A DNA stretch of 64,000 nucleotides from contig CAVPXM010000053.1 in NCBI GenBank assembly GCA_963709405.1, positions 32,001 through 96,000 on the forward strand, read 5' to 3'. A program made the translations under genes and the position numbers. Positions 55,568-64,000 of this stretch are shown one piece after another. Origin of the DNA: an uncultured Nitrososphaerales archaeon. GTDB taxonomy: Archaea; Thermoproteota; Nitrososphaeria; Nitrososphaerales; Nitrososphaeraceae. The notes under the pieces were generated by a model. The model searched no databases, had not been told where the DNA came from, and saw only the letters and a program-made list of their open reading frames with translations. Numbering within the stretch: the stretch's first letter is position 1; each line of letters starts with the position of its first letter.

Positions 55568-57712
55568 ATGGGTAAGAATTTAGATCGAAGAATAACTGCC
55601 CTATTGGACTCTTTAGGATATTCCACTTTATATCCCCCACAGGAATTAGCTATATCGAAAGGGGTATTAGAAGGAAGGAATCTGCTTATTACGACTCCGA
55701 CCGCAAGCGGTAAGACAATGGTAGCATTAATGGCCGCAATTAAGACAATTGAGAAGGGATTGAAAGTGGCATATCTAACTCCTCTACGCGCACTAGCTGC
55801 AGAAAAATGTCAGGATTTTCATGCTCTTAACAATCCCAAGATATTCGAAAGAAGAATTAAGATTGAGTTAGCTAGCAGCGATTATGATTCTCCAGGTGAA
55901 GAGCTGGCTGATGCAGATATCACAATATTAACTAATGAAAAAATGGATTCCTTAATGAGACATAGATCCGATTGGATATCTGAAGTAGGACTTTTTGTGA
56001 TCGATGAGGTGCATTTTATAGGCGACCGTGAGAGGGGTCCAGTCCTTGAAATGATGTTAACTATAATACGAAAAATGTACCCGCGAATTCAGCTCTTAGC
56101 ACTGAGTGCTACTGTCGTTAACTCAACTGATATTGCTTCTTGGCTTGGATGCGAGTTGGTTGATAGTAAATGGAGGCCTACGGAATTAATAGAGGGTGTG
56201 TATCAGGATGGCATCATTAAAATGAGTGATGGTAGCAAAACTAAAATCAAATCATATAACGGATCTTCAAATGCAATAATCGATCTTGTAGAAGATTCCA
56301 TGGTTAAGGGAATTCAGACGTTGGTGTTTGCGGAAACTCGTAAATGTACCTCATCTCTTGCAAAAAAAGTAGCTGGCATTGTATTTACCAAGCTAAATGA
56401 GAACGTTAGAAAAATGGCGTTGGAGGCATCATCTCAACTACTTACTAATGGAGAAGACACTGAGATTACATCGACTCTTTCTCATCTAATTTCTAAAGGT
56501 GTAGCCTTTCATCACGCAGGCATAGGATCGTCAAGTAGAAAAATCATAGAGGAATCATTCAAAAAAGGAATTATTAGAATTCTGTTCACAACTCCAACGC
56601 TTGCTTCAGGGGTGAATCTGCCTGCTAGACGTGTTATTATGTCAAATATCTTACGTTATGATTCAGATGTTGGGAGCAGGATACCCATCAGTATTTTAGA
56701 GTATAAGCAAATATGTGGCCGTGGGGGCAGACCAAAGTATGACGAAAAGGGAGAATCTATAATCATAGCTGGATCGAATCTTAATCCTGATGACGTATAC
56801 GATCACTATGTGTTAGGTACTCCCGAACCGTTAAGGTCCCAACTTGCAAATAACAAGGCAATCCGAATTCATGTGTTAAGTACTATAGTTACTATCCCTG
56901 GAATAAAAAAAACTGAAATTATAGATTTGTTTCAAAATACGTTACTGGCACTACACTACAGGGAACCAACTTTATCTTTCAAAATTACAAGCGCGTTAGA
57001 TTATCTGCATACCGAACATATGATAAAAACGAGGAAGGACAGATATATTGTAACAGAATTCGGAAAGAAAATATCATTGCTGTACATAGATCCTTCGACA
57101 GGAATAGAGTTTAGAAAAGCTATTGAATCGATCAAAAAACCCAACGGAGAGAATCATGCTTTAGGTTTTTTGCATATAATAACAAGTAGTGTGGATTTTT
57201 ATCCACGCCTTGCCCTGCGAAGTACAGATTATGACACATTTTCTGCAATTTGTAAGCGCGATGCCAATCAATTAATTTTCGATATAAATGAGTGCGAATG
57301 GTCTAGAAGCCTTTTGGCGCTCTATGAATGGATCAACGAATCTAGCGATAGGAAGCTGAGTGAGAAGTTGGGAGTTGAACCAGGAGACATGTACAGAATA
57401 GTTGAGATCAGTAATTGGTTAGCTTATGCCTTATACCAAGTTGCAAAGACTATTGGGCGCGGGGATTTGCTCAGCGAAATATACAAATTAAGAATTAGAA
57501 TTAAGTATGGCATAAAAGAAGAACTTTCATCCCTAGTCCAACTCAGAGGAATAGGAAGGATTAAAGCACGATCATTGTATAATGCTGGAATCACAGACCT
57601 GACTGCACTTGCAAATACTCCGGAGTCAAAGTTATCTGCTATTCCAAAGATTGGAATGGCATTAGCTAGGATGCTGAAGGGCGACCTAACGAATAGAATG
57701 CTTTCTGCGTAA
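55568..57712 (+). CDS. hel308: Ski2-like DNA helicase Hel308/Hjm
   Basis: LYPPQ, PTASGKT, PLRALA, DEVH, LSAT, FHHAG, GVNLPA, C-terminal HhH (GIGRIKAR). Confidence 0.93.
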   Translation: MGKNLDRRITALLDSLGYSTLYPPQELAISKGVLEGRNLLITTPTASGKTMVALMAAIKTIEKGLKVAYLTPLRALAAEKCQDFHALNNPKIFERRIKIELASSDYDSPGEELADADITILTNEKMDSLMRHRSDWISEVGLFVIDEVHFIGDRERGPVLEMMLTIIRKMYPRIQLLALSATVVNSTDIASWLGCELVDSKWRPTELIEGVYQDGIIKMSDGSKTKIKSYNGSSNAIIDLVEDSMVKGIQTLVFAETRKCTSSLAKKVAGIVFTKLNENVRKMALEASSQLLTNGEDTEITSTLSHLISKGVAFHHAGIGSSSRKIIEESFKKGIIRILFTTPTLASGVNLPARRVIMSNILRYDSDVGSRIPISILEYKQICGRGGRPKYDEKGESIIIAGSNLNPDDVYDHYVLGTPEPLRSQLANNKAIRIHVLSTIVTIPGIKKTEIIDLFQNTLLALHYREPTLSFKITSALDYLHTEHMIKTRKDRYIVTEFGKKISLLYIDPSTGIEFRKAIESIKKPNGENHALGFLHIITSSVDFYPRLALRSTDYDTFSAICKRDANQLIFDINECEWSRSLLALYEWINESSDRKLSEKLGVEPGDMYRIVEISNWLAYALYQVAKTIGRGDLLSEIYKLRIRIKYGIKEELSSLVQLRGIGRIKARSLYNAGITDLTALANTPESKLSAIPKIGMALARMLKGDLTNRMLSA

Positions 57713-57823
57713 AGAAGTAGGAATGTCTATGATTCATTTAAATAATCACGGCCAAATATTAATACACGATTCAATGTTTAAGTTATATAGCAAATCTTTT
57801 CTATTACCAAGCCTGATAGATAA

Positions 57824-58846
57824 TTGCTAAATCTTGCAGACGGCCATATCCTAATTCAAGCAATAACTGTCTCTGCCATCTCCTTTCTATTGGTTTTATA
57901 CTTGATGCCTAAAACAATCAATTCATTAATCTCTAAAGGAAAGGTGGTAAAGGACTTCCATAAGCCTGAAACTCCACTCGTTCCTAGGCCGGCTGGACCC
58001 GTATTACTCGCAGGAATCGCAACAGCAGAGATAGTCCTATTCTTGCTTACTTTAAATATGAAAGTCATTGCAATCCTGCTGACAACCACCATAGGATTTA
58101 TCATTGGGCTGATTGACGACAAGCGGATTATGCCTGGATCATTTAAACCAGTTGCTCTAATATTAGCAGCTATTCCCTTGATAGTTTTCGGAGCTTATGG
58201 TTCTCATCTCTATCTCATATTTGGTGCCGTGTTTATTCCTTTGTTGTACATACCATTGATCTTAGTGATAGTTCCCATTGTGGGAAACACAATTAATTCT
58301 ATCGATGTTCTAAATGGCGTTGCTAGTGGATTTGTGATCATATGTACCATACCTGTTCTAATAAGTATTGCAATTTTTGGCAATAACGATACGTTCGTTG
58401 CATCCTTACCATTACTATTCGGAACAATAGCATTCTATAGATTTCATAGATTTCCGAGCAGGATCTTTCCTGGTGACTCCGGAACTTTGCTAATTGGATC
58501 TATGTATGGCGCTATTGCAATAGCTGGGAGCTCAGAGGTAATAGGGGTTATTGCGTTGCTACCTGCAGTCATGAACTCTTTTCTTTTTCTTGCCAGTGTA
58601 AAGAAAATCGTTGAACACAGGCAGGTTAAGGCTAGACCTACAGTCTTAATGAATGATTTTAGGTTAGCGGCATCAAAGGATAAGGAAGCGCCAACTACTC
58701 TTCTAAGATTAATTCTAGCACATGGTCCTATGTCAGAAAAAGAGATAGTCGGTCAGGTGTTTAGACTAGGAATATTTTCTTCACTCTTGGCAGTGATCTC
58801 GATAATCATTCAATATTACTTTGTTACTGGATTAGTCCCCAAATGA
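57824..58846 (+). CDS. aglH: UDP-GlcNAc:polyprenol-phosphate GlcNAc-1-P transferase (MraY/GPT/AglH family)
   Basis: GLIDD, NTINSIDVLNG, FPSRIFPGDSGT, multiple TM helices. Confidence 0.82.
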   Translation: MLNLADGHILIQAITVSAISFLLVLYLMPKTINSLISKGKVVKDFHKPETPLVPRPAGPVLLAGIATAEIVLFLLTLNMKVIAILLTTTIGFIIGLIDDKRIMPGSFKPVALILAAIPLIVFGAYGSHLYLIFGAVFIPLLYIPLILVIVPIVGNTINSIDVLNGVASGFVIICTIPVLISIAIFGNNDTFVASLPLLFGTIAFYRFHRFPSRIFPGDSGTLLIGSMYGAIAIAGSSEVIGVIALLPAVMNSFLFLASVKKIVEHRQVKARPTVLMNDFRLAASKDKEAPTTLLRLILAHGPMSEKEIVGQVFRLGIFSSLLAVISIIIQYYFVTGLVPK

Positions 58847-59082
58847 AACCTGCTGCTGGCCTTTTAGGATTCATCACTATTATGTGGATAATGATTCTAG
58901 CAGCTGCGGCTTTTCTAGTGATTATCATAGGCCCTATGGATCAGATTCTGTTTCACAACGGAGCCAGCAGAGAAATGGTATCCATCATCCAAGCATCTAT
59001 TTCGATTACCGTCGTCATAATGCTAATACTATTTCTGAGCAGGTTCAAAATGCTCTATGTAAAGAGGAACATCCAAACATAG
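58843..59082 (+). CDS. Small two-TM membrane protein coupled to the AglH-like gene
   Basis: ATGA overlap and two hydrophobic helices. Confidence 0.7.
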   Translation: MKPAAGLLGFITIMWIMILAAAAFLVIIIGPMDQILFHNGASREMVSIIQASISITVVIMLILFLSRFKMLYVKRNIQT

Positions 59083-59419
59083 AGGCAAGGTCAGAGTTCG
59101 TGCATTAACTATTATCTAGAACATAGGTGGTGCCTGCAGTGCTGCCCGCTATCTTTATTATAGAGTCGCCGCGACACCATAGTCTGTTTAATGATATAGA
59201 GTTAAAAGATGCAATTTAGGTGCGTACTGAATAAGAGCTTTGAATTATAGCTATATGACTCATTATCACCTACGTGAGACAAAACCAAATTATACTTTTT
59301 TTGACTTGAATGAGGATAAATATGGTGCTCGATATTCAATCTAATAATTGACAAATAACACCACTGAATGCTTAAGTATTTGATTCTCTATTTGATTCTC
59401 TAACCAAGTCGCATATGAC

Positions 59420-60331
59420 TCAGTCATTCAAAGAAGTACCCGAAGTTCTTTTTCTTCTCTTTGCTAAGTGGGGATTGTGGCAAACATAGTCACTCAGAGA
59501 CTTGATCATATGTCCCATTTTGTAAATTTCTGGCATTACGTCAATACCAATCGCATTGTCCTCAAGTACTTTTTTTGTGGATGGACCAACCACTGTAACG
59601 ATCACTGATTTATTTAATGACGACTCAAGCGATTGTCTCATCTTGTATTTGTCTGCTATCAAAAGCAATTCTTTGACTGCCGGCGGACTTGTAAAGGTGA
59701 TGACGTCTATATTTCCCTTGTCTATTTGCTCTATCAGTTCGATCACCCTCGATTCAATTGGAGGCACATACCTGAATCCCATCTCCCGTAAAACTCTTGC
59801 GCCGTCATTGTCCAGCTCGTAAGAATATTTGTAAATTGTTAACTCAAATAATTCTGCCCCAGCCTTGCTAAGCTCGTCCACAAAATATCTTGAATATGAA
59901 CCATGCCATAGTACGCCTATTTTCTTGCTAACTAAATTACTCTTTTTGAGAAGTTTTAGGATTCCTCCTGTTGTATTTTCAATCGGAATCAGTTTGGTAT
60001 GTATATCGTATTTTGCTAACGCCGCTTGTGGTTTTGCGCTTCGAGCGATTAGTGATATATCTTTCAACGCATCCCTTAACCTTTCCCCTAGTCCAAGTTT
60101 CTCGGCAGTAGACATGAGAGAATAGACTCCTGGGCCAGACATAAATATCAGGAAGTCAGGGTGTTCAAAAATCTTGTCAATAAATTTCTTAACTTCTTCG
60201 ACATCCCCCGTTGCATTTATACCCACCGTGGGTGCAATGTGGGGCTCGCCTCCGAATGATACGATTAATCGAGCCAGCTCAGAGGCTCTTCTACTAGCTG
60301 TAACGGCAACAGTCAAGCCTTTCAATGACAT
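59420..60331 (-). CDS. hemD: Uroporphyrinogen-III synthase
   Basis: LKGLTVAVTASRR, IFMSGPGV, ITFTSPPAV, VGPSTKKVL. Confidence 0.88.
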   Translation of the reverse strand: MSLKGLTVAVTASRRASELARLIVSFGGEPHIAPTVGINATGDVEEVKKFIDKIFEHPDFLIFMSGPGVYSLMSTAEKLGLGERLRDALKDISLIARSAKPQAALAKYDIHTKLIPIENTTGGILKLLKKSNLVSKKIGVLWHGSYSRYFVDELSKAGAELFELTIYKYSYELDNDGARVLREMGFRYVPPIESRVIELIEQIDKGNIDVITFTSPPAVKELLLIADKYKMRQSLESSLNKSVIVTVVGPSTKKVLEDNAIGIDVMPEIYKMGHMIKSLSDYVCHNPHLAKRRKRTSGTSLND

Positions 60332-60756
60332 ATGTAATTACAATTTATGAAGCATATGCAAATAAATAGTAGTAGCCTAATGAGTCAATTTAGATTAAGC
60401 ACGTCCTTCGCCCATACTTTCTACGAGGCTAACGTATTAGCTATAGCTATGCACAGAAAGGAAAAAGAAGAATCTCATCCCTTCGTTTTCCTCTCTTGTG
60501 AGCCTATTCGTAATCGTCAATCATGTATTTCGCTATTTGTATAAATTGCTTAGGTAACAACGTTAACTAAAGGAGAAAAATGGTAATTGTATCCATCCAT
60601 GTATTTCTCAGTATATCTAAGAATACCTATCTAAGCTAGATAAACCAAGTGAAGGATCACGATTCAATCGTCATGCTAGTCAGGTTAATCAGGATTTTAT
60701 CATAATCGCGTTGTGAAATACCCCTTCGTCTTGCCTCCCCAAACTTGTTTACTAGA

Positions 60757-63114
60757 TTAATTTTTGAGGTTATGCATTTTTTCTAAATCTTGCTTGAATA
60801 ATACAAGAGTAGGAGGTACTGCAATCTGAATCGGATCTTTTAGCGACAGTGGCTTTCCTGTTTCACGCGAAATCATTTCCTTTTTTTGTGTCCACACCAT
60901 GGAATTAAATTCTAGAATCGATTTGGTATATTTTGTTAAATCTTGATATTCCAGATCTATTTTAGGCATCTTCTGTACATGTATACTTTTGTCAGAGTAC
61001 ATTTTCGTCCAGATTTCGTCTGTAATAAAGGGACAGACTGGGGATAACAGCAAAAGTATTGTAGATAAGCATTTATTTATTGTCGATATGGCAGACTCAT
61101 GACCGTCCTTATAATTCTTTTCATAAACACGCCACTTGACCATTTCTAAATAATGAGAGGCAAAAACGTTCCATGTGAATTCCCTTATTGCGTTTGCTGG
61201 AATAAAGAAATTAAAATCATTATATCCGATTTCGCATTCCTTGACTAGCTTTGATAATTCTCCTAGTATCCACTTATCGGCGTTATCCATAGGTTGGGAT
61301 GAATTCTGAGTATCCTCAAAAGAAGAAACAAATCTTGCTATATTCCACAACTTTGACAGAAAGTTCTTTGATACAGCGATTTTTTGTTCAGAGCATCTAA
61401 AATCCTGGCCCAAATTGCCTTCAGAGGCCGACCAAAAACGAAATGCATCTGCTCCATACCTGTGAATAATTGGAAAAGGATCTATGACGTTTCCTTTGCT
61501 CTTACTCATTTTTTCACCCTTCTCGTCTACACCGTAACCCATAATCCAAGCATCAGACCATGGTAATTGATCTGTTTGTTGGAAGCAGCGTAACATGCTA
61601 TAATAGAGCCACGTTCTTATGATATCTTTGGCCTGTGGTCTTAGTCTAGTAGGATAGAGATAGTCATATATTTTTTGATTTCGTAGATATCGTGTGATGA
61701 ATAGTGGAGTGATGCTAGAATCCATCCAGGTATCAAATATTCGATCCTCTCCGGTGAACTCTGTCTCTCCACACTTCTTACACTTCTCGAATGGGGGCTT
61801 TTCCTTCCATGGTCTATAATATTGACCGGCCTCTGGAAGATTTGGAGTCTTGCAAATCTTACAGAACCAGACGGGAATTTCTGTCCCGTAGAATCTTCGT
61901 CTCGAAATTGGCCAATCAATTGAAATCGAATTCAGCCAGTTATTCAAAATTTGTCTATGTATTTCCGGGTGGAAATTTATTTTCATGGCGAGCTCTTTCA
62001 GTTTTGGGATGTAATTCATCTGTTTTAGATAATAGTCCTCCATGGATAGTATTTCGATCGGAGTTCTACTTCGTTCACAAATAGGCGTACGATGCATAAT
62101 ATTTTCTTCTCTTTCGATATATCCATCCTTCTTCAGATCCTCAATTATTCTAGATCTGGCCTGACGTATTCCAAGATAGGCGTATGATTTGGCTGAATTA
62201 GTGGTAGTTCCATTCTCAGTTAAGGAAATTATTTCTTTAAGCCCCAATTCTCTAAATAGTTGAACATCATTTCGATCACCATAGCTACAGACCATTACTG
62301 CACCCGAGCCAAAATCTGGATTTACTGAATAGTGAGGAATAATTTCAACTTCTCTATCGAATATAGGTAAAACCGCATGTTTCCTTATGAAAGCAGAATA
62401 ACGCTGATCTTCGGGGTTCACTATTATTGCTTGACATGCGAAGAGAAGTTCTGGTCTGGTAGAAGCAATAATTAGGTTTCCTCCTTCTTTAATATTAAAT
62501 TTCATATAGATGAGTTTGGTTGGAATTTCTTGATAGATAATCTCTGCATCAGCCAGAGTAGTCCCACACTCATAACAATAATTATTGGGCCTATTTGCCA
62601 TGTATATTAAGCCTTTCTTCCACAAATCTATGAAGGTACTCTGAGTCAATGATCTAAATTCAGCAGAATCTGTCCGATAGTACTCATCAAAATTCCCGCT
62701 TAGTCCCATGTCCTTCATGATTTGGATCATTTCTGATTCAAGATCGTCCAGTGCTTGCTTGCAAAGGTCGAGAAATTTTTCTCTGTCAGTCCTTCGCATT
62801 TGAATTTTGTATTTTTTTTCAGTATAGATCTCAACCGGTAATCCATTCCTATCGATGCCAATTGGAAAAAAAACATTATAATCCTTCATTCGAGCGACCC
62901 TAGCAATCATATCGATCTGTGCATAATGGGCCGCAGCTCCGATATGCCATGGTCTACCAGAGGGATACGGTGGCGGAGTATCAATTACAAAAGGGATACT
63001 ATCTTGCTCTATAATTGAGAATCCATAGACATTATCTTGATGCCATCTTTTTAGAATTTTCTGTTCTATTGAAGGATCCCATGTTTTAGAGTCAATTTTA
63101 CAGTTATCGTTCAT
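60757..63114 (-). CDS. valS: Valyl-tRNA synthetase (archaeal type)
   Basis: IDTPPPYPSG..WHIG, STRPELL, DWPISRRR, FDTWMDSS, KMSKSKGN. Confidence 0.96.
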   Translation of the reverse strand: MNDNCKIDSKTWDPSIEQKILKRWHQDNVYGFSIIEQDSIPFVIDTPPPYPSGRPWHIGAAAHYAQIDMIARVARMKDYNVFFPIGIDRNGLPVEIYTEKKYKIQMRRTDREKFLDLCKQALDDLESEMIQIMKDMGLSGNFDEYYRTDSAEFRSLTQSTFIDLWKKGLIYMANRPNNYCYECGTTLADAEIIYQEIPTKLIYMKFNIKEGGNLIIASTRPELLFACQAIIVNPEDQRYSAFIRKHAVLPIFDREVEIIPHYSVNPDFGSGAVMVCSYGDRNDVQLFRELGLKEIISLTENGTTTNSAKSYAYLGIRQARSRIIEDLKKDGYIEREENIMHRTPICERSRTPIEILSMEDYYLKQMNYIPKLKELAMKINFHPEIHRQILNNWLNSISIDWPISRRRFYGTEIPVWFCKICKTPNLPEAGQYYRPWKEKPPFEKCKKCGETEFTGEDRIFDTWMDSSITPLFITRYLRNQKIYDYLYPTRLRPQAKDIIRTWLYYSMLRCFQQTDQLPWSDAWIMGYGVDEKGEKMSKSKGNVIDPFPIIHRYGADAFRFWSASEGNLGQDFRCSEQKIAVSKNFLSKLWNIARFVSSFEDTQNSSQPMDNADKWILGELSKLVKECEIGYNDFNFFIPANAIREFTWNVFASHYLEMVKWRVYEKNYKDGHESAISTINKCLSTILLLLSPVCPFITDEIWTKMYSDKSIHVQKMPKIDLEYQDLTKYTKSILEFNSMVWTQKKEMISRETGKPLSLKDPIQIAVPPTLVLFKQDLEKMHNLKN

Positions 63115-63168
63115 ATTTTAGCAACATATCTATTACCGTTATTAACGTTAATGACTCACCAACTGTGC

Positions 63169-63424
63169 ATGGTAAAGGGATTATTGCTGCCTGAAAGGAT
63201 CTACTGTGTTAATGACAGCGCTATTTTACCTTTTCATTATGAGTATTTCCGTTCTTTCCACAATTATCTTCATTACTCCGAGATTTTCTGGACAGATCGC
63301 GCTATTCTCAATCGTGATTGCAATGATCCCCCCTTCAGTTCTTACTGTAGTTTTTTTGAAAAAAATAAATCAAATCATCTTTCATAATACGGCCACGAGG
63401 GTAGATAAATATTCTGAAAAGTAA
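63169..63424 (+). CDS. Small membrane protein (possible +1 insertion at GCTGCC 63186-63191)
   Basis: Removing one C joins MVKGLLL to LKGSTVLMTALFYLFIM..., giving two TM helices. Confidence 0.45.
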
Positions 63425-64000
63425 GTAGGACCTAATGAAACACTCGTAATTTCTCTGAGGTTTGCTCGGCGACTATTTATTTACGTTTAAGTTAAGGTTG
63501 CTCATCCTCATAGGGATACTAAAAATGCAAGTCAAGTTTATGATGCCGCAATCGGCAGATGTCCTTCTACTGTCTTAATCTCGTTTCGGACATGTCATTT
63601 TTCTATGATTAAATTGGCTCGCTTGACTGGAAATCAATTGAATAAACGTGCGATCGAGTATTATGATTGTAGAGACCTTGGTCAAACTTCATTTCGATAT
63701 ATTCGTTCGATTTATAGCTATCCCCATCCTACCCTCTTCATTATTATGCAGATATCTGCAGTACTTCGATGAGGTATTAGTCTCACAATTTGTTATAATT
63801 GGCATATGTTCTTGTGCTAGCTTATTGATAAACTTGAAATCAATAAGTTGCAAAGTCTGGGATCAATTTTGAAAATCATGAATTAAACTGGAAATGGAAT
63901 GGAACTCTTATTCTAGAAATCCTTTCTAATGGGTAACTCAGGATTTCCAAACCCATTTGAATAGAGTGAATAAAGTCTGATTTCCTGGCCATGTTTTATC

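Overview
AT-rich archaeal chromosomal window, most likely from a soil ammonia-oxidising archaeon (Nitrososphaerota, Nitrososphaerales-like). This assignment is inferred from the aIF2-gamma N-terminus, GatDE, an ESCRT-III/CdvB paralog, eL13, archaeal ThrRS/ValRS, Hel308 and a two-intron tRNA. Core genes (aIF2-gamma, PIN, NadM, gatD/gatE, glnA, thrS, hel308, an AglH-like transferase, hemD, valS) alternate with long, decaying accessory tracts. These tracts hold an IS630 fragment, an apparently intact IS5 with TIRs and a TTA target duplication, a relic of an integrated element, and several pseudogenes of secreted proteins. Several conserved genes carry single +1 insertions, mostly at GCNGC/GCTGC motifs, which probably reflects a motif-linked sequencing artefact. 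The best leads are: (1) a translation-related cluster at 0.1-4.6 kb with a 4xCBS + HPF/RaiA-fold candidate ribosome hibernation factor, a tRNA-Ser(UGA) with two introns abutting it, and an unannotated 20-aa Lys/Ala microprotein with its own promoter; (2) a candidate structured RNA at about 11.66-11.80 kb; (3) a secreted protein with a perfectly duplicated Cys-flanked EF-hand-like module; (4) a secreted His-rich micro-chelator; (5) an HTH-fused class III nucleotide cyclase. No CRISPR array or rRNA was seen. All calls come from manual reading, without database searches.
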